From Psilocybe cubensis (taxonomy: Eukaryota), in NCBI GenBank assembly GCA_017499595.2, contig CM039009.1:248001-312000 (forward strand): DNA of 64,000 nt, read 5' to 3'. Shown here in pieces: positions 38,950 through 52,921 of this stretch. Positions within the stretch are counted from its first letter, which is position 1. Every line of letters begins with the position of its first letter. The notes under the pieces are model-generated. The model was not told where the DNA came from. It saw only the letters and a list, made by a program, of their open reading frames with translations, and did not search any database. The position numbers and the translations under genes were made by a program.

Positions 38950-40460
38950 GTTAAATGATGACCCTGGGGACTAAATACAAAAGAGTCAATGTACCTGAAG
39001 GATTGAATGATGCCTATTGCAGATCGACAAAGTCTTGAGTCTGGTTGTCGCGAAAGATATGCCGCTAAAATCCTCCATATCAGAGGATGATAGCAGATGA
39101 TAGCGGTCGCTCGATAATGAGCGAACATGGCAAAATTTGCGAAGGCAAGGTACCAAGAAAGTTGAATCAGCTCAAATGCGAACATGACTTTATCGTTCTA
39201 TATATGCGAATAAAAGCGAATCCTATGAGGGTGAATGGTCTGAATGTCACATGAGATACGATTGCTGTCTTGATAAAATCATTATACAACGGTTAAAATT
39301 TAACTGATTTGGATACCATGCGCATTTCGTGGAGAACTGGTCGTAAGCGCGGTGTATACTGTTAAGTAGACAACTTCCAAACCTTAGGAAACCTGCCCAG
39401 TACCTAGTCTGTAAATCAGCGAAAGGTTTTCAGACTCTAAAGGCTTGGCATGTTCCAACTGACTCTGGGACGCGTCCTACCTGCTCCAGGTAAAAACGAG
39501 AGGAAGAATTACACAAAAGGGTCTGGAAAGTTTTCGATAATCTTGAGGGAAGCATAGTCTCGATGGAAATTGTAGAAGGGGTGTTGCCAGTGACAGATAC
39601 AGGAAGATGCGTGCTAAGCCTCCGCAAGCTTTACGACGCACAGACATGGTTCGAAGATGCTTTCCATGAACTGAAAAAATGTATGCAAGATTGGAGAGCA
39701 TATGATAGAATCGCGGAGGGAAGTTGCGTGCTACGCGAACGGCGATCTGACTACAGGGGGATCATATGGGTGATATGCCGAGCACGGAAGGACATATCGT
39801 ACGGTTTCCTTTAAACATGGAGAGGTTGGAAGGCATTTTTAGCATGAAGGTACCAACAGGTGGAGAATTAGAAGAGCACTGATAATAGCTAACTCCCAAT
39901 GTCTTCCTGACCAGTGCCCCAATTCGAATGTAGATTCAAATGCTGACCAAACAAACACGTCGCCAACCAGAGCATCGTCTTCATCTTAGTCATATTGAAA
40001 TGTGAACTGCATTCTTTGACGCGTCTCGGTGCTGTTCCTTTACCTTAAAATATCTAGAACGCAGTAGAGCAAAACAAGGAACTGGATGAATGACAAGGGT
40101 CCCTCGATGTGTGTCGTTTAAAGTGGTAGGGGGCCGCATATATATTGACAAATTTGACCTTCTTGGTGGACGTAAAATAACTCACCAGTAAAAGTGTGCT
40201 CCCAGTACCTTGCTTCCGAATTGTCAAATCCATCGCATTAAGTGCGTTAGCGAGTTTCGATAAGCCTTCTCTTGCGAATGAGTCTCTTAAAGTGAAAGAA
40301 AGCAATGAGATTTCTGATCCTGATGCATAGCAATTAACAGCATATACATTTATGTTCTGATGCTGATCATGCCAATACCGAGCACTCCTGACTACTGTTC
40401 GGGAAATGACCATGATAGTCTTCCCTTCGATAACTCCGATTCGAGACAATCTAGAAAGCA
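38950..40460 (-). pseudogene. Possible degenerate F-box/LRR-type gene remnant
   Basis: Fragments FSVHGKHLRT and LRRLSTHL in different frames; no intact model. Confidence 0.25.
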
Positions 40461-41778
40461 CGATGATAACGTCCTAACAAATTTGAAAAAGAAATGCGTC
40501 CTAGTTTCACAGTCGGATGGGTTGTACGTTGTAATGTGTGGTTGTGCCTAGGCGAGAATTGGGGCGATGAAGGGTAGCAGTAACTGGTAAGTCTTATGTA
40601 GTTCAAGGTAAGGTACGCCGAATTTCGGAAAATTTACTCCTGACTGACATGTCGCGAATAACTTCACGAGACCAGATAGTTTTGATAGTGTCACAGTCAC
40701 ACGGGTCTAGATCCGCCTTGAACGTTGAACTTCTAATTCGAATTACTTATTACGCGCATGAGCGACAATGCTGTGGCTCAATATAATAAATGTACTCTCC
40801 ATATCTTTTTATTTGAATGGACCACAGCGATATGAGGGCAAGTATCGTTAGAGGTACTTGACTTACAGTGAAGGTCATAAGAGCGGTGACCCCGGGAGTA
40901 ACACAAAAGTTAGCATTATTTAATTTGCAGGCGCTGATCTATGGTGTCAAAATCAATGAGGTTATTAGTATCACTGTTAGTTTTTGAATACATTCGATAT
41001 TTGCCTTGACGGTAGTAATTTTCCGAGGGTACTATCTGGTACTATACCTGATGATCGGACGTGATTAAAATGGGTACAACATGTTCATATTTACCGCCTA
41101 GCCAACACGGTATGTCTGCCCGAAAACGTGAGCGAACAGATTAATACTTTTAATCAATGAATTGTCTACATAATATCACGGCTCTGACAAGTCGAACCAA
41201 GACATTGTACAATGTGGGATGTTTTCAAAGGGTAACAATAGCGCGTGAATGGGAACTTGAATGGACTCTGGCGTGGAAACCATCAAACGATTACTCCCGC
41301 AGTCCTGCATGGGTCACCACTAGCTCTGGAATAGTTTCAAAACTTCTCTGTTCATCGGAGAAATATCTGGAGTACGTTAAAACTTATATCTAGCTTTATC
41401 CCTCTTGGCATACATGTTGATGAAGCAGTTGAGGCTAGGAAGAGATACAAATAAAGCATAGTTTCATAAGGGCACCGAATCTGTGATGACAAATTCCAAA
41501 TGCAAGCCGATATCCCGTGAGAACATTATTTGAATCAAGATAATTAAAGAATAAGATGCATTGTAGTAGTATATCCACTCAATGTAGCGACATCCAATGA
41601 CCAATAACTGGCTAAGATATATCTCACTTGACATTCAGACAATGGGCGGAAAATGTGATAATACCCCAAACGGATCACTAGTAGTACGACACTCAGATCG
41701 ATATTAGCAGATTCGATTACACAGCCGGCAGAATTTACGAAATGTTCGTGGGTTATAGATCAGATCCATTGCATCAGT

Positions 41779-42653
41779 TAGTGCTGCCGCCACAGTGCAG
41801 TGCAGTGACAGTGCAGCGTATTTTTAGCAGTGTGACACGCTTCACAGTTATCACAGTGTGCTGTGAAGTGCTGTGAAGTGTCCAATGACGTCACATATAA
41901 TCACGCAGTTCCTCGCCCACATACCTAGCGCTTGTTACAGAAGATGGATATGTCCGATACTATTGTCTGATATTTTGTTACCTACAATTCAGAATTTATT
42001 TCTGAACATCATGTACCCTTGTTAGACGATGAACGACCCATAAATGTAGGAGAAAAACTGTTATCATGCAATGGATCCGACAAGATCATGAGATTCTGGT
42101 AGAAAGGGTGATAAGATTAGATACACTCTGCAGATAAGATCAGATACGAAAACCAGTGTTTGCACTTATAAATAAAACCGCGTTTCGTAACACCTAAGCA
42201 ACACTCTCAGGTCTCATTGTGAAAGCGTAGACACATCGCTACATGTTTTTATTCAGTTTAAGTATAATATTGCATTCTCGCCACCCAGATTGAGATGTTT
42301 CTTTCCAATTGCAGGAAGTTTTATCGAAATTGCACATTGTTGAGGGAAAAAATCTATTTAAGCTTGTATCAAGCTTGTGTAGGTCACTTAAAAAGTAATC
42401 TAGAAGAGAATGTTTGTTTCCAATTGTAATATTCCTTCATTCTAAGGTCATACTAAGGCATAATGTTGAACAGAAAGGGCGGGAATTGCATAAATGTCCT
42501 CGCAACCATGGCTTGACGAAATAACATAAATTTACGGCACACTGTGCACAGTCTTCACAGTGACTGTGGTACGCTGTGCAGTGTGTCGGAGTGTGAAAAA
42601 TCACAGTGCAGTCACAGTCACTGCACAGTGGCTGCGCTGTGGCGGCAGCACTA
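41779..42653. mobile_element. 875-bp non-autonomous hAT-type element (MITE)
   Basis: Perfect 17-bp TIR TAGTGCTGCCGCCACAG; 8-bp TSD GCATCAGT at 41771-41778 and 42654-42661; subterminal CACAGTG/CAGTG repeats. Confidence 0.93.
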
Positions 42654-43921
42654 GCATCAGTTTTGCATACGACGAAGAATGTCCCAGAGAAAAGGACTCT
42701 TTAAGTTCTTGCGGTGGATTACTGTAGGGGGGTATAGAACTCTGCAGTTTTTGAATTTCATTTATTCCATGTTAAATATAACGGTTGCGTAGAGCATTTC
42801 ACGATGAAAGCCTAAGAAGACAACACTTTTCTCTCAATTTCTTAGCAAGCATAAGAGTAGTCATCGTCCTCGTGGATGCTGTAAGGTCGCAGTATCGTAA
42901 ATGGTGATTTAAGCGCTAGGGTCATTCGTGCCACGGACACGTGGAATTATGGCGCTAAATTATGTTATGCGGGAGGCGTGACTCAATGTGTACGAGAGTG
43001 CACTGTTAAGTTACAATCGTACCTATCTCGCGCGCTTGTATCTCACGGCTTGAGAGCCACGTTGTCAAATGTAACGTTGAGGATTCCTTTTTGAAACGTG
43101 TCTATTCTTAGTAATATGGCAAAGTAAAGCCTGTTTCCCTACATTCATCGCGTTCAATGTGGATCAGAATGCGGTCAAAGTCGAGTCAGAATGGTGTCGC
43201 TGTGTTGTCGTCATTCCCACCTGTGCCGAAGAATACTCTGATATATGTACGATCAATTCGGCCTCACAGACTGCCTCTTGATCTCAAAACTTCTCAGAGA
43301 AAGTCGGAAAAATGAGAAAGTAATTAAGTCCGACTGCAAGTGCATGGGAAGCTGCGGAGTCGACTGCAATTGTATTCGGAAAAAGGCTTTGGAAGCTCTC
43401 ACGGTTGAAATGCATAACTCAATAATTATAGAATCTTACCACTGACTGAGTCGGCCGCGCTCAGAGATCCAATATCTGTAAGTCTCACAGTTTCACCGCT
43501 TGCCTTGTCACGCAAGGTGTATATTGAGCCCGCTATGTGAGCATTCAACTTATGCGAACATTATGTCAGTCTCATTCGTTACGCTAAGGCTAAGCCATTT
43601 GATTCCTGGGTCTTGTTGCTGGAGTGGAAAGTGTGGAAAGTGCGAACAGAATTGATGCTCGGCGAACTGCTCAACGCCTGTTTCAGAACACGATGCTACG
43701 AAACTTTCAAACGGGGTTAGCGAACAATCAATTTTCAGGGCACGGCGCATTTAGGGAGAGACATTTCCGCATAACGGCGTGGCATCGTTGATCGAAGAGA
43801 AGTGAAGGGGGATAAAGTTTAAAATTTAATACCCACTGGCATCGTATAAATGGCCAGTTATTCTCCTACAATATGCATCCAATTTCCACTGGAGAAATTC
43901 TTATACACCCTCTCTTTCATC

Positions 43922-45948
43922 ATGTCAGCTACGGGTATTCTGGCCTCTCCTTTCGTAGGCGCCATTTTAAAGGTGATTGCTGAAATACATTTATTATTCT
44001 TCATCTTCTAACTCCTACTGCTATATGTCCAGACGGCAGCGGCAAGTTTATTGCTTTTGGTAGCATATTTTCTAAGCCCTCCCATCCTTCGCTATTTCAT
44101 CGTTGACAAAGAGGGTAATCGCATTCCTCCTGGCCCTCCCGTACGATACGCTTTCCTTCGAAAGTATGCGGAGAGAGCACTCCATGCCTGGGCAAACGAA
44201 TATGGAGACCTCTTCTCCATTTGGATGGGGACACAGCTCTTCGTGGTCATATCGGATCCGCAGGTTGCAAAGGATCTACTCGTTACAAATGGGGCGATCT
44301 TTTCAAGCCGAAAGCGGTACTACATGAAGAATCAAGTTATTCTTCACAACCGTGCAATTACCGCTTCCGTCTATGGCAATACCTGGTAAGTTGTTTCTAT
44401 GGCTTAATTGGTGAGCTGTAACGAATGGTCTACCGTAGGAGACAACATCGCAAGCTTGCCAATCTTGCACTCAACCCGAAGGCAATGCAAGGATACGCTG
44501 GAGTTATGGACTACGAGGCTCACATGCTGATCAAATCCCTCTATGAGGCCAGTCAGCACGGGAAGCGCCCGATCAATACCTCTCATTTCACAGGGCGATT
44601 CGCCTTGAAGTAAGCATCCAACACGTCGCCTTTTGGTTCACACATTTACATGATCAATCTAGTAACATGCTCATCATGTCATTTGGAATCCGCACCTCGT
44701 CACCTACTGATCCTCTCATTGACACTGCACTTGGTTTAGCCATGGAATTCATGGAGCTTACGGGTAATTATATCTCATCTTCAGTTATTTTCAGCGGCTT
44801 AAATATATCCTAAAAGGGCCGTGGTCAAACGTGATTGACTTCTTTGAAGTCCTACAGTACCTTCCTTCCAGCAAGCGTACTCGTGGAAATCGCCTCAACG
44901 CCACTCTGCGCGAAACATATGGCGGAATGATTGTGGACTTCAAGAACAAGATGATGAAAGGCGAAGACGTGCCGGACTGCTTGGTGAAAACACTCCTTGA
45001 GAATCAGGAATCCGAGAAGCTTGACTGGGAGGATGTATGCATGCTTTCCGGCGTGTTCACTCTAGGTGGAGTTCATTCCGTAAGTCTGCATGTACGCCTC
45101 TTGCCGAATGTATTAGATCTAATTAGACGGCCACAGGTTTCTGGAATTATTCAATGGTTCATTGCCATGCTTCCCTCGCATCCTGACGTGTGCGCTCGTG
45201 CTCAGGAGGAGCTGGATCGTGTGGTTGGCCGTGATCGCTGGCCTACAATTGAGGATGAGCAAAATCTACCATATGTACGGGCAATCATCAAAGAGGTGCG
45301 TATATCTCTGCCGTGCTCAAGCCGAATCCAAGTTCTGACATTGTTAAATCAGTTGCAACGCGTTCACACTCCATTCTGGTTCGCGACACCCCACTACACA
45401 ACCGAAGACTTTACATATCGCGGTCAGTTTATTCCCAAGGATACGGCAATCGTCATGAACTGCTTCACACTGCATCATAACGAAATCCGGTATCCGGATC
45501 CGTAAGTCGCCGTGTTCATGAACAATAGCGTGTGTGCTTAATTTAATACATTGCCTTGCAGGTACACGTTCAACCCTGATAGGTATCTTGGTGACAAGCT
45601 CAGCTGCAGCGAATCGGCGAAGCTCGCCAATGTCATGGAGCGCGACCACTGGGCATTTGGAGCTGGGTGAGTCTAAGTGTTGAGTGCCTTCTCTACCCAT
45701 GTATTGACTTTCTATTTTGCAGGAGAAGGATCTGTCCTGGACTTCCTGCTGCGGAGCGTGAGCTCTGGCTCGTGTTTTCTCGTCTACTATGGACTTTCAA
45801 GTTCGAAGCTGTTCCCAATGAGCCCATCTCCCTCGAGGAATATGACGGTGTTTCTGGTCGCACCCCCAAGCCATTCAGGATCAATCTCATCCCTCGTTTC
45901 GAGGGTGTTGCCGATATTCTCAACAGTGCCGAAGACCTGCCTTTGTAA
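43922..45948 (+). CDS. Cytochrome P450
   Basis: IPPGP, IIKE|LQR (ExxR), FNPDRY, and heme motif AFGAG|RRICPG; multiple introns. Confidence 0.96.
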
Positions 45949-47859
45949 AATGATTTCCAACTTGACTTCAATTGGTCGGTTCAACCTTAATTATTCTAAT
46001 ATGCCTATTATTGCATTATCGTCCTTCTACCACTCATTTGTATCCAAAATATTGAGACACAGGTTATCTGTACCTGATGGCGTTGTTTCTTTCCTCCTTT
46101 ACACCCTTCTTTGCCATTTTATTCTTTCGTTAAATTATTCTCTAACATTCGTTTTCATTTACACACATATCGCGCAACGTCTAATTCTATCATTATTGCC
46201 TGAATTGACAATAGCTAGTAGATAGAAGCTATTTCAGTTATCCACTGTAGCCATTACTATGAATATATTTGCTCGGGTGAGCCCATTTTCGTGCATTACT
46301 CCCCGAAAGCCTTCGATTGATATGTTTCCAAAGTGAAGAATCTGGTTGACTTCTCATCGGCATATCGCCACCGTTTCCACCATGTGCTGGGCAATCTTTG
46401 GGAGCCTTTCAACCTCATAGCCTGCCGATAGCTTAGGGACATGCTAAAGCAAATAATTACTGTAAAGCCTTTGATGCATTCCAGATGTTGAAATAGCGGC
46501 TAATAGCGGTCATTCAATGATAAAGTTGGGCCAAACTTTATGAAGCGCCCACGCGCTGTGATCCATATCGGATCATTGCAGTAATGAGATGTATGGCAAC
46601 TGTCGTCATTCCTAATTTTACCCAGCAGTAGATCAGATCTACTTATTCCCCGTATACCTTGAGGTCTCTTGAGGTTCTTATTCGGTAAGAACGGAGCTTT
46701 TTGAAATCATCGCTAACGAAGATATCTTCAGCGACTACGACTTGCAGATCAAATCGAGTTTACTCCGAGTCACAGCAAAATCGAATTCATGTAAATTTGA
46801 CATGCTTTGTGATATTTGTATGATATAGCTCCCTATTATAATTGGCATAAATGTATTGCCGGAGAATTGACCCTGTATACCCACCCAACCTAGGTGATAT
46901 CCTCACGATGACCCTCCTAGTGGAGTGGATGTAATCTTTTCGACGCAACTTCAAAGCGTCTAAAACCTGGGCCGACACTCGACCACAGTCCCACAGGGAT
47001 CTGGGGATGATCACTTATAATGGACCAGAGCGTTGCACATGCCAAAATGGAAAAAGAAATTATCAATTGATTTACTTTTATTAGGCCCCGGGAAGCCGCT
47101 CCCCATGGCCAGAATTTGGTTCTGAAATTTACGAAACCCCAGAATACCGTGGTCACTAGTAATACCGATGGTAATGCATGAACTGCAACTGCATAAATAA
47201 CCCTGGCCTTTCTAGAGAAGATTATGGTACGTTGGAACAGCACCTGAAAGGTAAATATTTTCCTTCGGAAATTTTAACTGTGTATTCGAATTTTCTGCAA
47301 CTTCTTATTTTCTGCCTGTTTTCTATTGCGTTTTCTGTAACTGAATCTTACTGACCTTTGGGCTCAATTTGGGAGGTTGGTGGTCCGGATCAGTCCGTCG
47401 CATCATTGATTAATAATACGATCACCCATCGATGTTCTGTTTGGACTTCTGACTGCTTTCCTGTTTTCTTTTCTCTCCCACAAGTTCAGGCGCAAATGCA
47501 GTTCTCGCCTCCTAACGCACTTTTTATACTTTCACCATTAAAGCATAAACTATATCACTACTCAAGAACACCGGAGACGGCGATGATTACGTGGAAATGA
47601 CGCGAACTTCACGATGCAATGTAAGGCAGGAGTGTAATTTTCTTCCGAGACAACTGCGTCGACTTCTGCATCATTGATAGTATTCTTTAAAATCCAGGAG
47701 TCGATTTCATAACCAAAAAAAAAACAAATTCACTTCATTCACCCAAGGAATACCATTCCGTCAGCCCACTAAGTTAATCCATATACCTGCATCGCATATC
47801 CCCGTCCTTCTGTGAAGGCTTTGTCGTCCCCCCATTTTCTTCGGCAAGCAGGGTTACCT

Positions 47860-50236
47860 ATGTCATTATTAAGCCCACAGCAGAATCCAATACTTGTTGA
47901 GGTAGAGAGCCAGTACCACCACATGGTTGATACCGGACAAGGAAACCGCGAACTGGCTCACGAGAGGACAGAGAAGGTAGAGGACGGGAGGCATTATTCT
48001 AGTCAACCGTTGGAAGAGGATCCATTCCAGGTATTCCTGGAAGAACATGAACGTCCCGTAAACCTGCCGGTGTGGAGGAAGTGGGCGATTGTGGTGGTGA
48101 TATGCACAGCTGCTCTTTGTGTTGCCAGTGCGTCTTCTATGGTGAGCCTCTATTTTGTTTACATTCTGGTTATTTCTCCTTTTTTCTGTGTCCTTTTTTC
48201 TATAACTGCTTTCCCGTAATCATTTGATTATTCAATGAAAGTTTTATTCGACCAGGCGAGCTTTACAGAGGATGGTGTATCTTCTACCTTCCACGTTTCG
48301 CGTGAAGTCTCTATCTTATCCATCAGTCTCTTCATTGAAGGCCTCGGACTCGGTCCGTTGGTATTCGGGCCATTGTCAGAGGTTTATGGTCGAAATTTGG
48401 TATACAGGGTGTCGTATGTACTCACATTCGCATTTACATTCCCGGTAGCGTTTGCGCCCAATATCGGTGAGTGCCAAACAATAAATATAACACAGCATCT
48501 TTGTTTATTCGTAAATTGCCTTTAAAGCCATATATTTGATATTTAGGTTCATAGGAGGTTTCTGCGGATCTGCTTTCTTGAGCGTGGCGGGTGGGAGTGT
48601 CAGTGACCTCTTTGACGATAAAACAGTGGCCACGTATACTCGAATCCTCAGCTTCCGTTGACCTTCGAATTTGACTAAACAAATTTAGCCCCATGGCCTT
48701 TTATACTATGTTTCCTTTTATTGGTCCTGTATTGGGGCCGTTGCTCAGTGGGTAATTAATGGATATGTTCTCCAAGATCTTGTATTAATCCAAGCTTCTT
48801 TGATTTGAAGTTTTATAAATCAGGTACAAGTCGGGCTCGTTTGATCATGTAAATTTGTTAAACTCTTTAACCATCAACCATTCGTTTTAGGATTTAAACT
48901 GGAGATGGACGTATTACGTACTACTTATGTGGACATTCGTTGAGCTAGCGCTCGTTTTCTTGGTGTGTAAATGCTAGTGTTTTCTTTTCATTTCAGAGGT
49001 TAAATTTATGTGTGTGTACCCGCATAGTTCGTGCCGGAGACTTACCCTCCGCTACTGGTGAAGAAGAAAGCTAATAAGTACATCCACAACCTCACAACCA
49101 TATAATTTTCCTATTTAATTTAAAAATCCTTTCTCTGAATGCAGGCTTCGACAGACAGGTGAATCACGGTATTGGGCACCTCTTGAACGACAGGTATCGA
49201 GCATGGCGCGAAAAATCTTGATCTCATGTTATCGGCCATTCCGTTAGTCAATTTCATACTTTTCGAGTTATTTTAACAAATAACGTTAATGATTTCGATT
49301 ACTACCTAGAACTTTTGTTCTTTGATCAGATGGCGTTACTTCTCGACATATGGTTCATATCTTCTCGATACTTTTGACTTTTATTCTAATTTCACACATA
49401 GGAGTGCACTGGTACTCGGGATTTTATATCTTAGTTTCCAAGCCTTCCCGTTTATTTTCGGAAGGGTCCATCACTTCAACACGCAAAGTACAGGCCTATC
49501 ATTTCTCGGTATTGGGATCGGAATGCTGCTCGGGATTAGCACGCAACCAATTTGGAATAGGTAAATGGTTCTCTTGCTGCTCCTTTACACCGCCTGTAAA
49601 GTCACAGGGGACGTAGAACTTATACATTCTTGGGGATCACTATAGGCTTTACAAACGCACAGCAGCTAAGAACAATGGCAAAGTCGCGCCAGAAGTTCGG
49701 TTGGTCATGGGTGAGGTTGGAGCGATATGTGTACCAGCTGGTGTGTCTTCAATCGTCCGCTTTTATGTAAAATTAAATCTCAAGGCTTTTTTACATTTTC
49801 AAGGACTTTTCTGGTTAGCCTTTACCACGTATCCCGGCGTCCCTTGGATAGTTCCCATCATTGCCTCTGTCCCCTTCGGTGCAGGTATCTATTTCGTCTT
49901 TACTTCAACTTTCACTTATCTCGTCACGGCGTACCGTCCCATCGCTGCGAGTGCAATGGCATCGAACAGCGCTATGCGTTCTACGTTTGCCGCTGTTTTC
50001 CCCTTGTTCGCACGGGTGATGTATGTGAGGCTCGGGACAGTTGGTGCCACCGCACTGCTTGCAGGTTTGACAGCACTATTAGCGCCTTGTCCGTGAGTAT
50101 TCGCAAAGCTTTAAAATTGATTATCTGTCTTCCTGGGATAAAACCTGCTAATCTTTCCTGCTCTACTGTCTTTAGATTCATCTTCAGAAGAATTGGTGCT
50201 AGGCTTAGACACAAATCACGATTTGCGCAGCAATGA
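47860..50236 (+). CDS. MFS drug:H+ antiporter (DHA1 family)
   Basis: PVNLPVWRKW, GPLVFGPLSEVYGR, GGSVSDLF, WRW, PETY, AASAMASN and GARLRHKSRFA. Confidence 0.94.
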
Positions 50237-50652
50237 AAACATGTAGGCTCTCGCTGAGAACGTCCAAGCCATGTCTCTTACTATCATGTTCATGCACAAA
50301 AAAACGTTTCTGCACAGGGTCCTGCAGGACCCATGAACCTTCATGAACATATGTGTTTGTCTTTTTCAAACCTGCGAATTTCAGTTTGACGGTGCCGAGA
50401 CTGGGCCTTCGGTGTTTTTCTTTTGAATGTTTGTAAGCATAACATAATATCAAACAAACAACAATAATGACGTCGTCGTGAGACGGAAGGCTAACCCTAG
50501 CTAACCCTTGTTTCCTAGTGACGACCGTCGCGTCGGCAATCTTAACAGACAAAATTATCTCTTATTCTCATTAACATCTCCCGCCGTTTCAGAACGCAGA
50601 CACAACGCCCACGGTTTTATCGAAGACGTCGCACAAAGATCTCAGATTTAAG

Positions 50653-52660
50653 ATGTCAGTTGAAGGCCCAGCACCCCAAGTTTTGCAGGAACAATTGTCG
50701 CACGTTTACGACATCCATACGCGTCATAATCTACATCCACCATCTAAGCATGAAGAGCACGGGAACGTGAGGTTGAGCGACGAAATACTCCGCTTCCTAG
50801 AAAGCGTCGAGGAGGTACGTCCATTTATGGCCACCACTTCCCTGTAGTGATATAGGCTTCACCATTACAGAGTGTAGACTTAATTCTTCAAAGACCCGTT
50901 TTGCGCCCTTCCCCAGTTGATGAAACCCTTCCATTGACGCATTACTTCATTTCGTGAGTGTATTTGGCGTTGCTCTGCAATTTTTTCCCCCATTTTTCTC
51001 CCCCTCGCGGTTAGATCCTCTCATAATACTTATCTGCTCTCACGACAACTGGTGGGAAAATCGTCTGCCGCATCTTACACTCATGTTTTAGGCAGGGATG
51101 GGCGCTGCGTAGGTAAGTCATATCTTCAGTTATTCAGATTACTCGATGTGTGCCACAGTTAACCTGTTTCTCTAAAAATAGAAATTGATGTTTGGCCCTC
51201 ATCCGGAGGCTTGGTCGTAACACACGGGTATACATTTAGCAAAGGCGTGTCATTTTCTTCAGTTTGCGAGGCAATTGGTGAAGCTGCAACTCCTGGATGT
51301 TGGCCCATTTTTGTGAGCCTCGAGTGCCACGTCGATGTTGATGGTCAACAGGAAATGGTCAAGCAAATGCGCAGCGCGTGGGGGGACAAACTCGTCAACG
51401 GAAAAGTTGAGGGTGTTGAGGATGAAAAAATATCTCCGTCGGATCTGCGAGGAAAGATTGTGCTTATGGTGAGTTCTCAATATCATGCATCTACATGTCG
51501 ACAGCTTACGCGTCCGATGCCAACTTGCCTACTTACGCTGGTAATAGGTTGAATACTATCCAGCATTGATATCAGGCACAGGGGAAACCGATGATACTGC
51601 TTCAGTCGCTTCGGAATCCTCCGGGGAAGAGGAGGGTGAGGTTGCAGAAACCGCTGTGGACAAGAACAAGATGATGCCCAATCGTATTTCAGAGGAACTC
51701 GCTGAGCTCGGATATTATGCCCGAAGCATAAAACCATCAAGGGGATGGCTTTTACAAAGTTTGTCTAGTTTACCTTGGCATTTCTTTCTTCTCAGTGAAT
51801 TAAGTACAAACTTCTCCAGAAATATCTTCGCCTGCACACGTTCTGATCAACATCTCGGAATCTGCATGTCTGTCTTTAATCCCTACTTCGTTTGCATCGC
51901 TTGTAGATCATGGCTCCAGACATCTTCGTCGCATCTACCCCAAAGGGACTCGCATAGGATCAAGCAACTTTAATCCACTGATCTTTTGGAGAAATGGAAG
52001 TCAGGTTGCGAGCTTAAACTGGCAGGTGTATGATCTAGGCATGCAAGTCAACGAAGCGATGTTTTGTGGTACTTCTGGATGGGTGGCAAAACCTGTCGCA
52101 TCTAGAAAGAGGCTTGATGACGAGTATAACTTGCCTGGTGGTAGACAAAAATTAGTGGTCGACATTGCTGGCGTCAGCTCCTGTGAGTGGCCTTAATCCG
52201 GTGGTTGGAATTTACATTGCAATACTCAATAATATACGTAGTACCAGCCCCTAATGGTCGATCGGGGAAGTCCTTCTCCACTTACATACGGGCACAATTG
52301 CTTCATGGAAGCAAAGACCTCATGTGGCGCTCGAAGACGCACAAAACCAAACATCATCCTGAGTATGGTGCTGATGTCTTATGGAACACTCAGTTCGAAT
52401 GGGAGTTTGAATCCGATGAAATGGCCTTCATAAGGTGACGGGTCTTTTTCTGATTGAAATTTAGTTACACTGATTCCCATTGCGTCAGGTTTGTCGTATT
52501 CGAAGATGAGTTTGGTATAGATGACAAGATAGCGGTGTTTTGCGCCCGAATCAACCACCTAACCCTGGATGAGTGGGTTTTGGTGAGACTAATGAATATG
52601 AAAGGCAAAAATTCGGGTGCGACAGTACTTGCAAAATTTTCCTTATCCCCCGTTCAGTAA
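50653..52660 (+). CDS. Phosphoinositide-specific phospholipase C (X-Y-C2)
   Basis: HYFISSSHNTYL, RCVEIDVW, THGYT, SLECH, RIYPKG...SSNFNP...LNWQ and a C-terminal C2 domain. Confidence 0.93.
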
Positions 52661-52921
52661 TTAAGGCTACTTCAATACAACGATTAAGCTTGTATGTATT
52701 GATCATCTTGTGATGTTCCAATCACCTGATTTTTTCGGTGAGTCCCTTATACTTTTTTCCCTAGGGAGACCGTCACTGAATACAATTCGAGTTGGTGGCA
52801 TTTACGGTTACGAGCATTCTATTAATTTTTATTACAAAGATTACCGACCAAATATTAACCCTACAACTCTTCCATTTCACTACCACTCATAATTTGTGAA
52901 TTTCGAAGCACTGTATTTACT

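Noticed and set aside
43922-50236. Psilocybin-like or other secondary-metabolite cluster (P450 + MFS)
   Set aside because: No decarboxylase, kinase, methyltransferase, terpene synthase, PKS or NRPS is present in the window.
50490-50510. Telomere-like CTAACCCT pair
   Set aside because: Only two imperfect copies in a promoter region; not an array.
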